Shown in pieces: positions 10,397-20,997 of a DNA stretch of 64,000 bases. A program made the translations under genes and the position numbers. Within the stretch, counting starts at the first letter, position 1, and each line of letters opens with the position of its first letter. Source of the DNA: an uncultured Solirubrobacterales bacterium (GTDB lineage Bacteria; Actinomycetota; Thermoleophilia; Solirubrobacterales; Solirubrobacteraceae); assembly GCA_963718425.1 (NCBI GenBank), contig CAVQZJ010000037.1:331-64330 (forward strand), read 5' to 3'. Below the pieces are notes generated by a model that searched no databases, had not been told where the DNA came from, and worked only from the letters and a program-made list of their open reading frames with translations.

Positions 10397-10594
10397 GTGG
10401 GGCTAAACGACCGACAGATCGCAGAGAAAGACCGGTGCTCGACCTGTAACGGATCCGGCTGGACCTGGTGGTCAGGAGGCGGGGAGCCAGCGGCGGAGGG
10501 CAAATGGGTCGTTTGCCGAGTGTGCATCGGGACTGGTCGCACCGACAAGAAAGGCCGCAAGCGACAGAAGCCAACCGAGGCGCCCAGTGGTTGA
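10397..10594 (+). CDS. Small protein with a DnaJ-type zinc finger (2x CxxCxGxG)
   Basis: CSTCNGSG ... CRVCIGTG in an otherwise empty intergenic gap. Confidence 0.5.
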   Translation: MGLNDRQIAEKDRCSTCNGSGWTWWSGGGEPAAEGKWVVCRVCIGTGRTDKKGRKRQKPTEAPSG

Positions 10595-10722
10595 CATACC
10601 ACTGTCGCGCGGGGTGCCGCTGTGCTAGTTTTGGGGCTCAAGAGCTGGGTGCTCTGCGCAAAATGGAGCCGGACGGTGAGAACCCTTAGAGGGCGGCGCA
10701 TCGTTCGATACGGAGGCTGTCA

Positions 10723-13059
10723 ATGAGGGCTAGTAGCGGGTCGCGAAGCAGCCAGCATCGATCGAATTCTCCTGTACGTGCTTTGGTTGGGGTGGCCCTC
10801 GCTCTTTGCTTGCTTCTGCTTTCGAGTATCCCCGCGTTCGCTTCGAGTGGGAACGAAGGAAAAATCGTTTATGTCCAAAGCGTGAGCGAAGGCGGAATCG
10901 CGACCTCGGCGCTGTTCACCGCGAACCCTGACGGCACGGGCGCCAAACAGATCACCACACCCGGCGCTGCCGCTGAAGACAAGCAGCCGAGGTTCTCCGC
11001 CAACGGCAGCAAGATCGTGTTCATACGGGTTCCAAAGCCTGAAGATGACCCTCAAATCTGGGTGGTAAACGCCGACGGCAGCAACCCTGTCAATCTGTCG
11101 GCGAGCTCTTCGCTGGCAGCAGGCGAGTGGCCGGGACAGCCGTCGTTCTCCCCCGACGGAACGCAGATAGCTTTCGACGCTCCGTCATATGCGCCGACCG
11201 GCATCTATGAGATCAATAGCCACGGGGGCGGCTTTCACCAGCTGACTAACGGCCGTGACACGAGTCCTGTGTTTTCTCCGACGGATGGTTGACTGGCGTT
11301 CGAGCGCGCTGGGGAAGACAGCGAAACAATCGAGCTGGCTGACGCCAACGGTTCCAATCCAGAACCGATCCATACGAGCATCCCCGGCTTCGCCCCGTGG
11401 TTGGATTTTTCTCCTGATGGCACAAAGCTCGCATTCGTGCAGGAATGGAACGTGTTCACAGTCGCGATTGCGGATGGATCGGTGCTGCAGGTGACGCACA
11501 ACCACGAACCTCCGGATGGGGACTCCTCGCCGACGTTTTCCCCGGATGGCACGATGATCGCCGTCGTGCATGTCGTGCCTCCCGCTATCGACGGTGGGTT
11601 TGCGGGCTCCCGGTCTTTTGACTTGATGAACACCGACGGCAGTAACCGGCAAACGGTTACGGGCCCCGCGTTCTCCACTAATGGGTTCTCAGAAACAGAC
11701 TGGGGCGTGGAAACGACGACGAGCGGGAACCCACCGGAAGCGCCGATCACCGAAGCGTGCTCGGGGCCGATCAAAGCGGGTGGAGGAGTGAAGCTCTGCG
11801 GCACGTTGAACCCGCACTCCAGTGCAAAGGTCGGCTCGTACTTCGAGTACAACTCCGGTACGAGCTGTACCGGGGGTGGCGAGACTCCCGCCGGGGGAGA
11901 AGTGGAAGGCCAGGACGTCGCGGTCTCGGGCGAACTGTTCGGGCTCAAAAGCGGCACCGAGTACACATACTGTCTGGTCGCCACAAACGCCTCTGGAGAA
12001 ACCTTCGGGCAGCCCGTCACCTTCACGACTGAACCGGGCAAGCCTTCGATCGAAAGCGAGTCAGTCGCGCACATCACGCAGCACAGCGCGAGTCTGGAAG
12101 CCAAGATCAATCCCGACGGCAGCGAAACCGGCTACGAAATCTGGTTCTTGCCCGGGTGCTCCGCGGGCGCCTGCGAACGCGTCCCCCCGCGTGTGGTGGC
12201 CAAAGCCGCGGACATCGGCAGCGGCACCGAAGGCCTCGGCGTCGGGGTTCAGCTCACTGAACTGGAACCGGGCGTCTCCAACAATGAATATTGGGTGGTG
12301 GCGTCAAATGCGGCGGGCACAACCGAAAGCGCTCATCAGATGTTCGCGACCCCGCCGCAGCCCCGAATTGAAGGCGAGTCGGTCTCGGCGATCACCGAAC
12401 ACGACGCGACGCTGGAAGCGACAATCAATCCAGAGGGTCTACCCAAAGGTGCCGACTATCAGTTCCAGATCGTCGAGAACACCAGCGAATACCTACCGGA
12501 GCTGGTCTGCGCCGAACATGGCGTGGTCCAGCCCGTCGGCAATGACGGATGTCTTGCTCCGCCGGACTGGCCTTCGGGCGTCATACCGCTCCGCTCAATT
12601 GGCTCGTCGGAAGGCAAGCAGGTCAGCCTCGATCTCGCCAGCGTGGGTGTGACGCTGCAGCCTGGCACGACCTATCACTACCGTGTGCTTGCGGCCGAGT
12701 CACTGAACGGCGAAGATGGGGTCCTGTGGGAAGCGCCAGCCGTAATCGGCTCCGATCAAACATTCACCACGGACTCCTCGCGTGCCCGTCCGCTGGGCGG
12801 CGAACCGGAACCGTCCCCAAGCGTCCCGCCAAGTTCCTCCAGTTCCGGCGGCTCGCCTGGAAGCGGTTCTGCGCAATCCTCCTCTACACCGTCGAGGACT
12901 CTCAAGCCCAAGCCTTTGACCCGAGCGCAGAAGCTCGCCAAGGCGCTTCGTATCTGCAAGAAAGGGCCAAAGCGCAAGCGGGCGGCATGCGAAAAGAAAG
13001 CTCACAAGAGCTATGGCCTAGCCAAGCAGCGCAAGCACAAAAGTAGCCGCGGAAAGTAG
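10723..13059 (+). CDS. Secreted PD40/TolB beta-propeller + three FN3-like domains + basic 2-Cys tail; in-frame TGA at 11290-11292
   Basis: Repeated PxFSPDG motifs; ORFs 10723-11292 and 11401-13059 are in the same frame; LxPGTTYHYRV; tail KLAKALRICKK...AACEKKAHKSYG. Confidence 0.8.
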
Positions 13060-13105
13060 CGCCGGTCCGGCTGTCCAGGTCGGCCAGGATCGTCTAGCTC
13101 TAGCG

Positions 13106-13238
13106 CTGAGTTCGGCCACTGGAAGATTGACACTTCGGGTGCTCGGCGGTAGCCTGAGATTCATAAACCTGGGTTTTCCATCGATGTCCTCTCTGGGTGT
13201 CTGGCCTTTGAGAGGAATGGGGTCGTTGCTATGAGGGG
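13106..13238 (+). promoter_or_regulatory. Duplicated promoter/leader, copy 1 (sigma70-like TTGACA-N17-TAGCCT)
   Basis: Aligns with 19086-19209; includes AAACCTGGGTTT and a TCCTCTC/GAGAGGA stem. Confidence 0.7.
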
Positions 13239-13321
13239 GGGCGCGCTCACATGAGCTTGTTCGCCGCAAACATGCCGGTCGTGGCTCTCAAGCCCGGAAC
13301 TAGATGCCGTAGCGAAGCTAC

Positions 13322-13354
<33 letters not shown>

Positions 13355-13395
13355 AGGATCGGCCAGCCAGATCTAGCTTCTCGCGGTCGGCGCAA

Positions 13396-16300
13396 ATGAC
13401 GACAGCGCCCATCCCAAGACAGGCAAGCCGCACTCGCGAGCACGGCGCAGGGAAGACTGCCAAGAGGACGGCGACCGGCCCGCAAGGTGCTCGCCTGCGC
13501 CTCTCCCACACGATCGCTGTCTTTGCCGCAGCGATTCTCGCCGTCTGTGTGTCGCTGCTTGCCGGTGCACCGGTGGCCGCGGCGTCGTCTGCTGTCGTCT
13601 CGGCCTGGGGCGATAACACCTACGGCCAGCTCGGCGACGGCTACGAAGGCTGGGAATACGACAGCAAGGTCCCGGTTTCCGTCAGTGGCCTCTCCGGCGC
13701 CAAGTCGGTCGCGGCGAGTGGCTCGGCCGGCCTTGCGCTGATGCAGGACGGGACGGTGATGGGGTGGGGGAACAACGGCGCCGGCGAACTCGGCGACGGC
13801 ACCATCACCCAACGCGATACGCCGGTGGCGGTCAGCGGGCTCTCCGGGGTCAAGCAGATAGCAGCCGGTAGCCAAGATAGCTACGCGCTGCTTGAAAACG
13901 GGACGGTCGAGGCGTGGGGTTACGACAACCTCGATCAGCTCGGCCCGATCAACCCAACGGAAATCTGCGAGAGCGGCGCCGCCTGCGTCCGCACGCCGAC
14001 ACCCGTGCCCGGGCTGGCGGGCGTCAAGGCGATCGCCGCCGGAGAAAGTTACGCCCTCGCGTTGCTGGAAAACGGGACGGTCGAGGCGTGGGGCGAAGGC
14101 TCTTGGGGCCAACTCGGGAATGGCCCGATCATCGGACTGGAGATCTGCCCGGAAGAACCAGCGGTAGAAGGCTCGCGGCTGTGCAGCAAGACGCCGGTGG
14201 CGGTCAGCGGGCTCTCTGCGGTCACGGGGATATCGGCTGGTCACGGCGACAGCCTTGCGCTGCTCGAAGATGGCACCGTCAGGAGCTGGGGCTACAACGG
14301 GGCGGGGCAGCTCGGAAACGGCAGCACCACAGGTCCGGAATCGTGCGTGAACGGGGTTTCGTGCAGCGACGTGCCGGTGCCGGTCAGCGGGCTTTCCGGG
14401 GTCACGCAGGTGTCCGCGGGAGATCTTCACAACCTCGCGCTGTTGAGCGACGGGACGGTGATGGCATGGGGTTACAACCAAAACGGCGAACTCGGAGACG
14501 GCACTAGCGGGCACGGCGCCGAAGCGAACAGCGACACACCCGTGCTGGTGAGTGGCCTCTCAGGGGTTACTCAGATCTCCGCCGGCAACTACCACAGCCT
14601 CGCCTTGTTGAGCGACGGCACGGTGGAGGCGTGGGGCTGGGATGAGCTCTGGCAGCTGGGGAATGTCGAAACTGAGGAAGAAAGCGACGTGCCGGTTCCC
14701 GTGAGTGGCCTCTCCGGCGTCACGGCCATCGCGGCCGGCAACGGCCAGAGCTACGCCGTCGGGCAGCCCCGGTCGCCTACCCGCAGATCGCCAAGCTCGC
14801 CCCCTACAGCGGCCCCGAAGCGGGCGGGACCTCGGTCACGATCACCGGCTTGAACTTCACGGGCGCGACCGCCGTCGATTTCGGCTCCAAGAGCGCCACG
14901 AGCTTCACGGTGAACTCGCCGACGTCGATAACCGCCGTCTCTCCGGTGGGAGCCAAAGGCAAAGTGGAAGTCACCGTGACCACCCCCGAAGGCACCAGCT
15001 ACACGAGCCCGAGGGACACGTTTCGCTATGGCGAAGAACAACCCAGCGAAAAAGAATCCCCTCCCGAAGGTCCCGGGGAACCCGGCGAAAAGCCCGTGGT
15101 GAGCGACGAGTCCGCCTCCAACGTCACCGAACACACAGCGACGATCAACGCAAATGTCAACCCCCAGGGCACAACTGAGATCACTTACTTCGTCGAATAC
15201 GGAACCATCCCGTCCTATGGGATGAGCGCCCCCAACCCGCCAGAAAGAATCGGATGGGTGACGTGCGGATTGGAGTGCGCAGGCGAAAACGAAAGACCAA
15301 AGCCGGTCAGTGCCAACCTGACGGACCTGGTACCAAACACGACCTACCACTATCGAGTCGTGGCCAGTAATGGTAGGGGCGTGGAGCACTACGGTCAGGA
15401 TGCGACGTTCACCACCGGCTCATCGGGTGCCAAGCCCACGATCGAGAGCGTCTCGGTGTCTGGGATCACTGAGCACGACGCCACGCTGGAAGCACAGATC
15501 GACCCGAACGGACAGGCGACCACCTATCAGTTCAGGCTCGGCAAGGGGTGCTATCCCGCGGTCTGCGACGTCATAGTCGATATTCCGTTGCCGGTTGAAA
15601 ATCTCTCGAGTATCCAGGGAGCTCAGTCCGTGAGCCTCGACCTGAACAGCGTGGGCGTGTCGCTGCAGCCAAACTCGGAGTACTACTACTCGGTGGTCGC
15701 GACCAACTCCGTCGGCGAAGCAGGCGGGAATGGCGCGACATTCCGGACGCCGCCCGAACCAGTGGGCGAAAACGAAAACGGCGGGGCGGAAACCGGCGGG
15801 GCGTCGAAAATCTCCCAGAACGGTGCGACGCTTGGCGGCGTGGTGACCGCGTGGGGATGGCGAGCGGCAACATACGTCTTCGAATACGGCACAACTACTT
15901 CGTATGGACAGAGCGCACCCGTGCCTCCCGGGACGATCGGGCCACGTGCGACTTGTGGCCTGCCGTGCGGTCCTCCGCACTCAGAACAATTCCCGGTGAG
16001 CGAGAACCTGACCGGACTGCAATCCGATACCACCTATCACTATCGTCTTGTCTCGACCTCTGCCGGCCACACGAGCTACGGCCAGGACGCGGCATTCACC
16101 ACATCCGAAGCCCTTGCCGAACCGCTGATCGTCGCACCCGCAACGACTGGTGGTGGAGAATCTCAGTCCAAGACTGGCGGCGGCCAGTCGCAGAGCTCGA
16201 GTACACCAACAGGGTCGGGAACGTCGTCGGCAACACCCAGTACGACATCCCTTGCCTCCCCGCTTGGAGGGACAACCAAGCTCTCCGAGCAGAAGCTGAC

Positions 16301-16412
16301 CAGGGCGCTAAAGCAGTGCCAGAAGAAGTCCAGAGCCAAGCGGGCGGCGTGTGAGAGGCAGATGCGCGTGAAGTACGCTAGAGCCGTGAACGCGCGAGGG
16401 CCAAAACGATGA
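13396..16412 (+). CDS. Secreted RCC1-repeat propeller + IPT/TIG + FN3-like domains + basic 2-Cys tail; 1-nt frameshift in a C-run near 14768
   Basis: Repeats ALLxDGTVxAWGxNxxGQLG; after the shift PYSGPEAGGTSVTITGLNFTGATAVDFG; tail KLTRALKQCQKK...AACERQMRVKYA. Confidence 0.85.
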
Positions 16413-19054
16413 TGCGTTGCGGTATGCCACACGCTAATGGACGCTCCCCTAGGCCAAAGCCCTCCCCGTCATCACATGTGATGCGGCTCTCTGTCGCGCT
16501 GTGCCTCATCCTGGCTTGCCTGCTGGCGCTACCGGGGTTGGCCTTTGCGCACGAAGGCTATAAACCATCCACGGTGTCCTTTGCGCCATTTGGGGCGGGT
16601 GTGTTCGACGGTGTGGCTGTCAACAACTCGGCGGGCACCTCGGCCGGCGATATCTACGCTGCGGGCGAAGGGAGGACGATCTATGAGTTCAGCCCCGGCG
16701 GCGCGATCCTGAGTGAAGTCGAAATACCCGAAGCCGATGGCGAACGCACAGAGGGCATAGCGGTCAACAGCTCGAGCTCCTCCTCCGCCGGGGATGTGTA
16801 TTTCGTGATGATCGGAGCGCCTCCCGGGGGAGAACCGCCGGGTACGCCGGTTCCCACACACGGCGCTGTCTACAGACTCAGCGGGGGCACGATCACCCCG
16901 TTCGTCACGGGGCTAGACTCCTCGCCCTCGGGAATCACCGTCGGCCCGTCTGGGGAAGTGTATGTCCTGCAGTCCGGGAGGGGAGAAAGCTGGATCGGAG
17001 ATGTGCTCGAGTTCTCCTCCTCGGGTGTGCCGCTGAACGCAGGCAACCCGGTCGTTGAAGGGTTGAAGAGTCCGGCCGATGTCGCCGTCGATTCTCACGG
17101 TGATCTCTATGTCACCGCCTGCAGCAGCGAAGCGGGAACGGTCGAGTTCGCGCCTCTGCAAGGCGGGGGCTTTTCTGCTCCGGTGACGATCAACCCGGAA
17201 GCCGCCTGTGGCGGTGCGGATCTGGCTGTGGATTCGCGGACGGGAGAGGTGTTCCTGTCTGATGACAATGTCGTCCGTGTGCTCGACTCTTCCGGTACTC
17301 AAGTCGGAGGCCCTGCGCTTGGCTCTGAAGTGGAAGGCTCTGGCTCGGAATACCGCTACTTCGCCGTCGGCGTCAGCGAAGCGACGGGGGACATCTACGC
17401 GATCAATTCAGCGGCCGGCTTCCCGACGGACTCGACGCTGGAAGCGGCTGAACCGGCACCTGAAACGCCTTCGATCGAAGGCGAGTCCGTCGGGGTGTTC
17501 AGTGTCACCGAACACGAAGCGACGCTAGAAGCCACGATCGACCCGCAGGGCCTTGAAACCACATACGAATTCCTCCTAGGTGGTCAACCCGTCGGGTCGG
17601 GGCGCCTTGCCGCCGGTGAATCAGATCAACATGTCAGCGTCAGGGTGAGCGGCCTGGAACCCGACCACTCCTACACCTACTGGGTGGTCGCGACCAGCTC
17701 GAATGGGACGCGTGCGGGGCGCAAGCGGTCATTCGTCACAGACAACGCCGCCTCACCAGGGGCAGAGACGAGTTCTGCCACGGGCGTCACGCGCACGAGC
17801 GCGACGCTGAACGGCATCGTCAATAGGCGTGAAGCATTCGAAGCTCAGTACATCTTCGAATATGGCACCACCACCGGGTATGGGGCGAGCGCGCCGACTC
17901 CACCAGGGGCTGTCAAAGATGGCATATGCGGATTGATCTGCGAGATCAAGGAACCGGTGGCGGTCAGCGAGACGATCACGGGATTGCAACCCGGCACGAC
18001 ATACCACTACCGTCTCGTTACCGGCAACTACCAGGGGACCGGCTACGGCGAGGACATCACCTTCACCACCCAGTTCCCCGGTCCTGAAGAAGCGCCCAGC
18101 GAAGTTGTGACCGAACCGGCCGAACAGACATCTAGTGGCTTCAAGCTGAACGGCAAGCTCAACCCGGGGAACTCGCCGACGACCTACTACTTCGAATACA
18201 TTGGAAATAGGGAAGCCGAATGCCTGGGTATCGAGAACTGTTGGCCCCATACGGCACAGCTGGGGCCGATCACCGGCGACTCTCAACAGCAGGTGCCGCA
18301 AATCGAAGTCACGGATTTGAGGCCGGCAGAAACCTACGCCTACCGTCTGGTCGCCAGCAACGCCAAGGGCACCCTCCAAGGGAACAGACTGACTTTCACC
18401 ACTCCCGCGGCCAGGCCGCCCGGCGAAGTGATTGTCCAACCGGCTGAAGCGACCGCCAGTGGTTTCAGATTGGGCGGCAAGCTGAACCCGGAGAACTCGC
18501 CCACGAGCTACTACTTTCTTTACAAAAATGTGGAAGATGTCGAATGCGAAGACCTGGAAGGGTGCGGTACCAAGGTCGGTGAAGGCGGCCCACTCACGGG
18601 AGATGCCCAGCAGGAAGTCGCGCCGGTCGAAGTCACAAACCTGACTCCCGGGAAGACTTACATCTACTGGATGATCGCGACGAACGCTGAGGGCAGCACC
18701 GTCCGTAGCAACGAATCGACGTTCACAGCTCCATCATCGCACGCTCGTCCGCTGGGTGGCGAAGAAAAAGCACCTTCCACGCAAACACCCTCCAACGGCA
18801 GCGGTCAGCCCGAGACCTCGAGCACACCGCCTGTTTCAGGAGGACCCTCCCTGGCCCCTGGTGTGACCACGCCCCTGGTCTCCGCGCTTGCGAACCCCAA
18901 GCCCAAGGTGCTCACGAGGGCGCAGAAGCTCGTCAAGGCTATGAAGCAGTGCGGGAAAGACAAGTCCAAGCGCGGGCGAGAGACGTGTGTGAAGCTGGCA
19001 CGCAAGCGCTACGGACCGCTCAAAAAAAGAAGAGCGGCGGTAAATAGGGAGTAG
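16409..19054 (+). CDS. Secreted NHL-repeat propeller + four FN3-like domains + basic 2-Cys tail
   Basis: GVAVN..GDIY, PSGITVGPSGEVY, PADVAVDSHGDLY; LQPGTTYHYRL; ATGA overlap with the upstream gene. Confidence 0.85.
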   Translation: MMRCGMPHANGRSPRPKPSPSSHVMRLSVALCLILACLLALPGLAFAHEGYKPSTVSFAPFGAGVFDGVAVNNSAGTSAGDIYAAGEGRTIYEFSPGGAILSEVEIPEADGERTEGIAVNSSSSSSAGDVYFVMIGAPPGGEPPGTPVPTHGAVYRLSGGTITPFVTGLDSSPSGITVGPSGEVYVLQSGRGESWIGDVLEFSSSGVPLNAGNPVVEGLKSPADVAVDSHGDLYVTACSSEAGTVEFAPLQGGGFSAPVTINPEAACGGADLAVDSRTGEVFLSDDNVVRVLDSSGTQVGGPALGSEVEGSGSEYRYFAVGVSEATGDIYAINSAAGFPTDSTLEAAEPAPETPSIEGESVGVFSVTEHEATLEATIDPQGLETTYEFLLGGQPVGSGRLAAGESDQHVSVRVSGLEPDHSYTYWVVATSSNGTRAGRKRSFVTDNAASPGAETSSATGVTRTSATLNGIVNRREAFEAQYIFEYGTTTGYGASAPTPPGAVKDGICGLICEIKEPVAVSETITGLQPGTTYHYRLVTGNYQGTGYGEDITFTTQFPGPEEAPSEVVTEPAEQTSSGFKLNGKLNPGNSPTTYYFEYIGNREAECLGIENCWPHTAQLGPITGDSQQQVPQIEVTDLRPAETYAYRLVASNAKGTLQGNRLTFTTPAARPPGEVIVQPAEATASGFRLGGKLNPENSPTSYYFLYKNVEDVECEDLEGCGTKVGEGGPLTGDAQQEVAPVEVTNLTPGKTYIYWMIATNAEGSTVRSNESTFTAPSSHARPLGGEEKAPSTQTPSNGSGQPETSSTPPVSGGPSLAPGVTTPLVSALANPKPKVLTRAQKLVKAMKQCGKDKSKRGRETCVKLARKRYGPLKKRRAAVNRE

Positions 19055-19085
19055 AGGGCTTGGCTGTGGCCTGGCCGTCCAGGCA

Positions 19086-19209
19086 CTGAGTCGGCCGCTG
19101 GGAGATTGACACTTCGGGGGGCCCGGCGGTAGGTTGGGAGGATAAACCTGGGTTTTTATGACTTCGTCTCTGGGTGTCTTCGAGAGGAATGGGTCATTGC
19201 TATGAGGGA
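19086..19209 (+). promoter_or_regulatory. Duplicated promoter/leader, copy 2 (TTGACA-N18-TAGGTT)
   Basis: Aligns with 13106-13238 and ends at the ATG at 19202. Confidence 0.7.
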
Positions 19210-20062
19210 TGCCTCCAGTGGGGTAGACAAGCTCCCGATAAACGTGACTCGTGGTGCTCTAGCGAGGTCTGGTGGCAGGTCTCGTGAGCCTCTTGGCGGT
19301 GAGCCCCGCGGGCGGCTTGCTGTTGTCTTGGGCGGTTGCGCGTTGGCGTCGTCTGCGCCGAGGAGAATCCCGGTCGCTCTGAGACTCGCTCGCGGCTGCA
19401 TGCCTGCGACGATCGGCCTAGTCCTGTGTGTGGCTGTTGTTCCTGCCGTGGCTGAGGCTTCGACTCAGACAGCTCCCGAAACCCGTCCGGTTGTTGACAT
19501 CACGAGCGTTTCCGCGACTCTCGAAGGATGGCTGGGCTCCGAACAACCTGAAGAAAAAGCACCCAAAGAAGGGCCTGAAAAAGAAGGACCACCAGAAAAA
19601 GGCCGAGCACCCAAGGAACCCGTGGCGCCCGCAGATCCCAGGATGGAGCCAGCGAGCTGGTACTTCGAGTATGCGTCCGGCACGAGCTGCACAGGCGCGG
19701 GGCATCTGACGACCACTGAACACATAGCTGTGCTGCAGGGCTTCCATGAAGCGAGAGCCGCCGTCACGGGCCTGCGGCCGGGCACGGAATACACGGTGTG
19801 CCTCGTGGACTGGCACAACGTCCTGTCGGGCGTGTCGTTCACGACACTCGCCGCAGCCGGCGAACCCCACGCGACGTTGGGTGCCAGCGAGAGCTCTGGG
19901 CCACCGCCGTCATCCTCGCCAACCACGGGTCAGGCGTCCAAGCCGGGCCCGAAAACATCAAAGCTCGCCAGAGCGCTTGGGGCGTGTAAGAAGAAGCCAA
20001 AGCGCAAGCGAGCCGCTTGCGTGCGTCACGCACACAGAAAGTACAGCCAGTTGAAGAAGTGA
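19202..20062 (+). CDS. Secreted single FN3-like domain protein with basic 2-Cys tail
   Basis: Long N-region then VLCVAVVPAVAEA; WYFEY, GLRPGTEYTVCLV; tail KLARALGACKKKPKRKRAACVRHAHRKYS. Confidence 0.75.
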   Translation: MRDASSGVDKLPINVTRGALARSGGRSREPLGGEPRGRLAVVLGGCALASSAPRRIPVALRLARGCMPATIGLVLCVAVVPAVAEASTQTAPETRPVVDITSVSATLEGWLGSEQPEEKAPKEGPEKEGPPEKGRAPKEPVAPADPRMEPASWYFEYASGTSCTGAGHLTTTEHIAVLQGFHEARAAVTGLRPGTEYTVCLVDWHNVLSGVSFTTLAAAGEPHATLGASESSGPPPSSSPTTGQASKPGPKTSKLARALGACKKKPKRKRAACVRHAHRKYSQLKK

Positions 20063-20211
20063 CCGGTGGGTTTGGCCGGTCCAGGTCAGGCACCCTCGCT
20101 CGTTGTGTGTCAACGATCCTTGGACAGATCCAGAGAGCATCCGCTGTCCCATGCTCGAGTCCTCCAGGCCGGGTATGCTCGGTTGAGCCGCCGGTAGGTA
20201 GCATCCACTGA

Positions 20212-20778
20212 GTGGCTCGCCTGCCCGTCCTAGACCTCGCCGACGCCGACCCTCAGGTGCGCTCGGCGCTCGAGCGTCTGCCGCAGCTGGCGGTGTTCGG
20301 GACGGTGGCCAACGCCCAGGGTTCGTTTGTGAACTGGCTGCGATTCGGGGGCGACTGTCTTGACGGGCGCTGGTTTGACCCGGTGCTTCGGGAGCTTGCG
20401 ATCCTGCGCGTCGCACGGCTGACGCCAGGGGCCCACTACGAGTGGGCTCAGCATGTGCCGATACTGCTGGCGGTCGGTGGCTCAGACGCACAGGTCGCCG
20501 CTCTGCAAGACGACGATGTGGAGGCCGAAGCGCTCGGGCAGGACGGACGCCTGGTGGTCCGGTTTACAAGCCAGGTGGTCCTCGACGCCACCCCGGACGA
20601 CGAGACGTTTGCCGCGATGAGCGCTCGCTTCAGCACCGCGGAGATAGTGCAGCTGCTGCTCGTCATCGGCCAGTACATGATGCTCGGGCGGATCATGGCG
20701 ACCGCGAGGCTCGAGGTGGACGCCGTGCTGGGCGCGGACGTGCTGGCCGGCGTCGAGCGTGGGCGAGTGAAGCAGTGA
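20212..20778 (+). CDS. Carboxymuconolactone decarboxylase/AhpD family protein
   Basis: LRELAILRVA...YEWAQH. Confidence 0.85.
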   Translation: MARLPVLDLADADPQVRSALERLPQLAVFGTVANAQGSFVNWLRFGGDCLDGRWFDPVLRELAILRVARLTPGAHYEWAQHVPILLAVGGSDAQVAALQDDDVEAEALGQDGRLVVRFTSQVVLDATPDDETFAAMSARFSTAEIVQLLLVIGQYMMLGRIMATARLEVDAVLGADVLAGVERGRVKQ

Positions 20779-20859
20779 GTCCCACCATGCGCTCGGGCGA
20801 TTAGCTCAATCCACTGGGGACGCGAGCGTCCTGCCTGTTCGCCTCTATGGATGGAGGAT

Positions 20860-20902
20860 CGCCGGCCCGCGCACACTCCTAGATGAGCATCGCGGGCCGG
20901 CG
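20860..20902. terminator. GC hairpin between convergent genes (possible terminator)
   Basis: CGCCGGCCCGCG / CGCGGGCCGGCG 12-bp stem. Confidence 0.45.
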
Positions 20903-20997
20903 TCCTTACGTACTACGTGATGTACCACTACGGGACGCACCACCACGGGAGGTATTCCTACGTGATTCCCAGTTGGGCGATCTTCAAACATCTTTTT

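Noticed and set aside
11290..11292. UGA as selenocysteine
   Set aside because: The position is a basic residue in PD40 repeats, not a Cys site, and no SECIS is evident.
14760..14780. Programmed frameshifts (also ~1070, ~31553, ~57150)
   Set aside because: Single-base indels, at least some in homopolymer runs, with no slippery heptamer seen; better explained as long-read errors.
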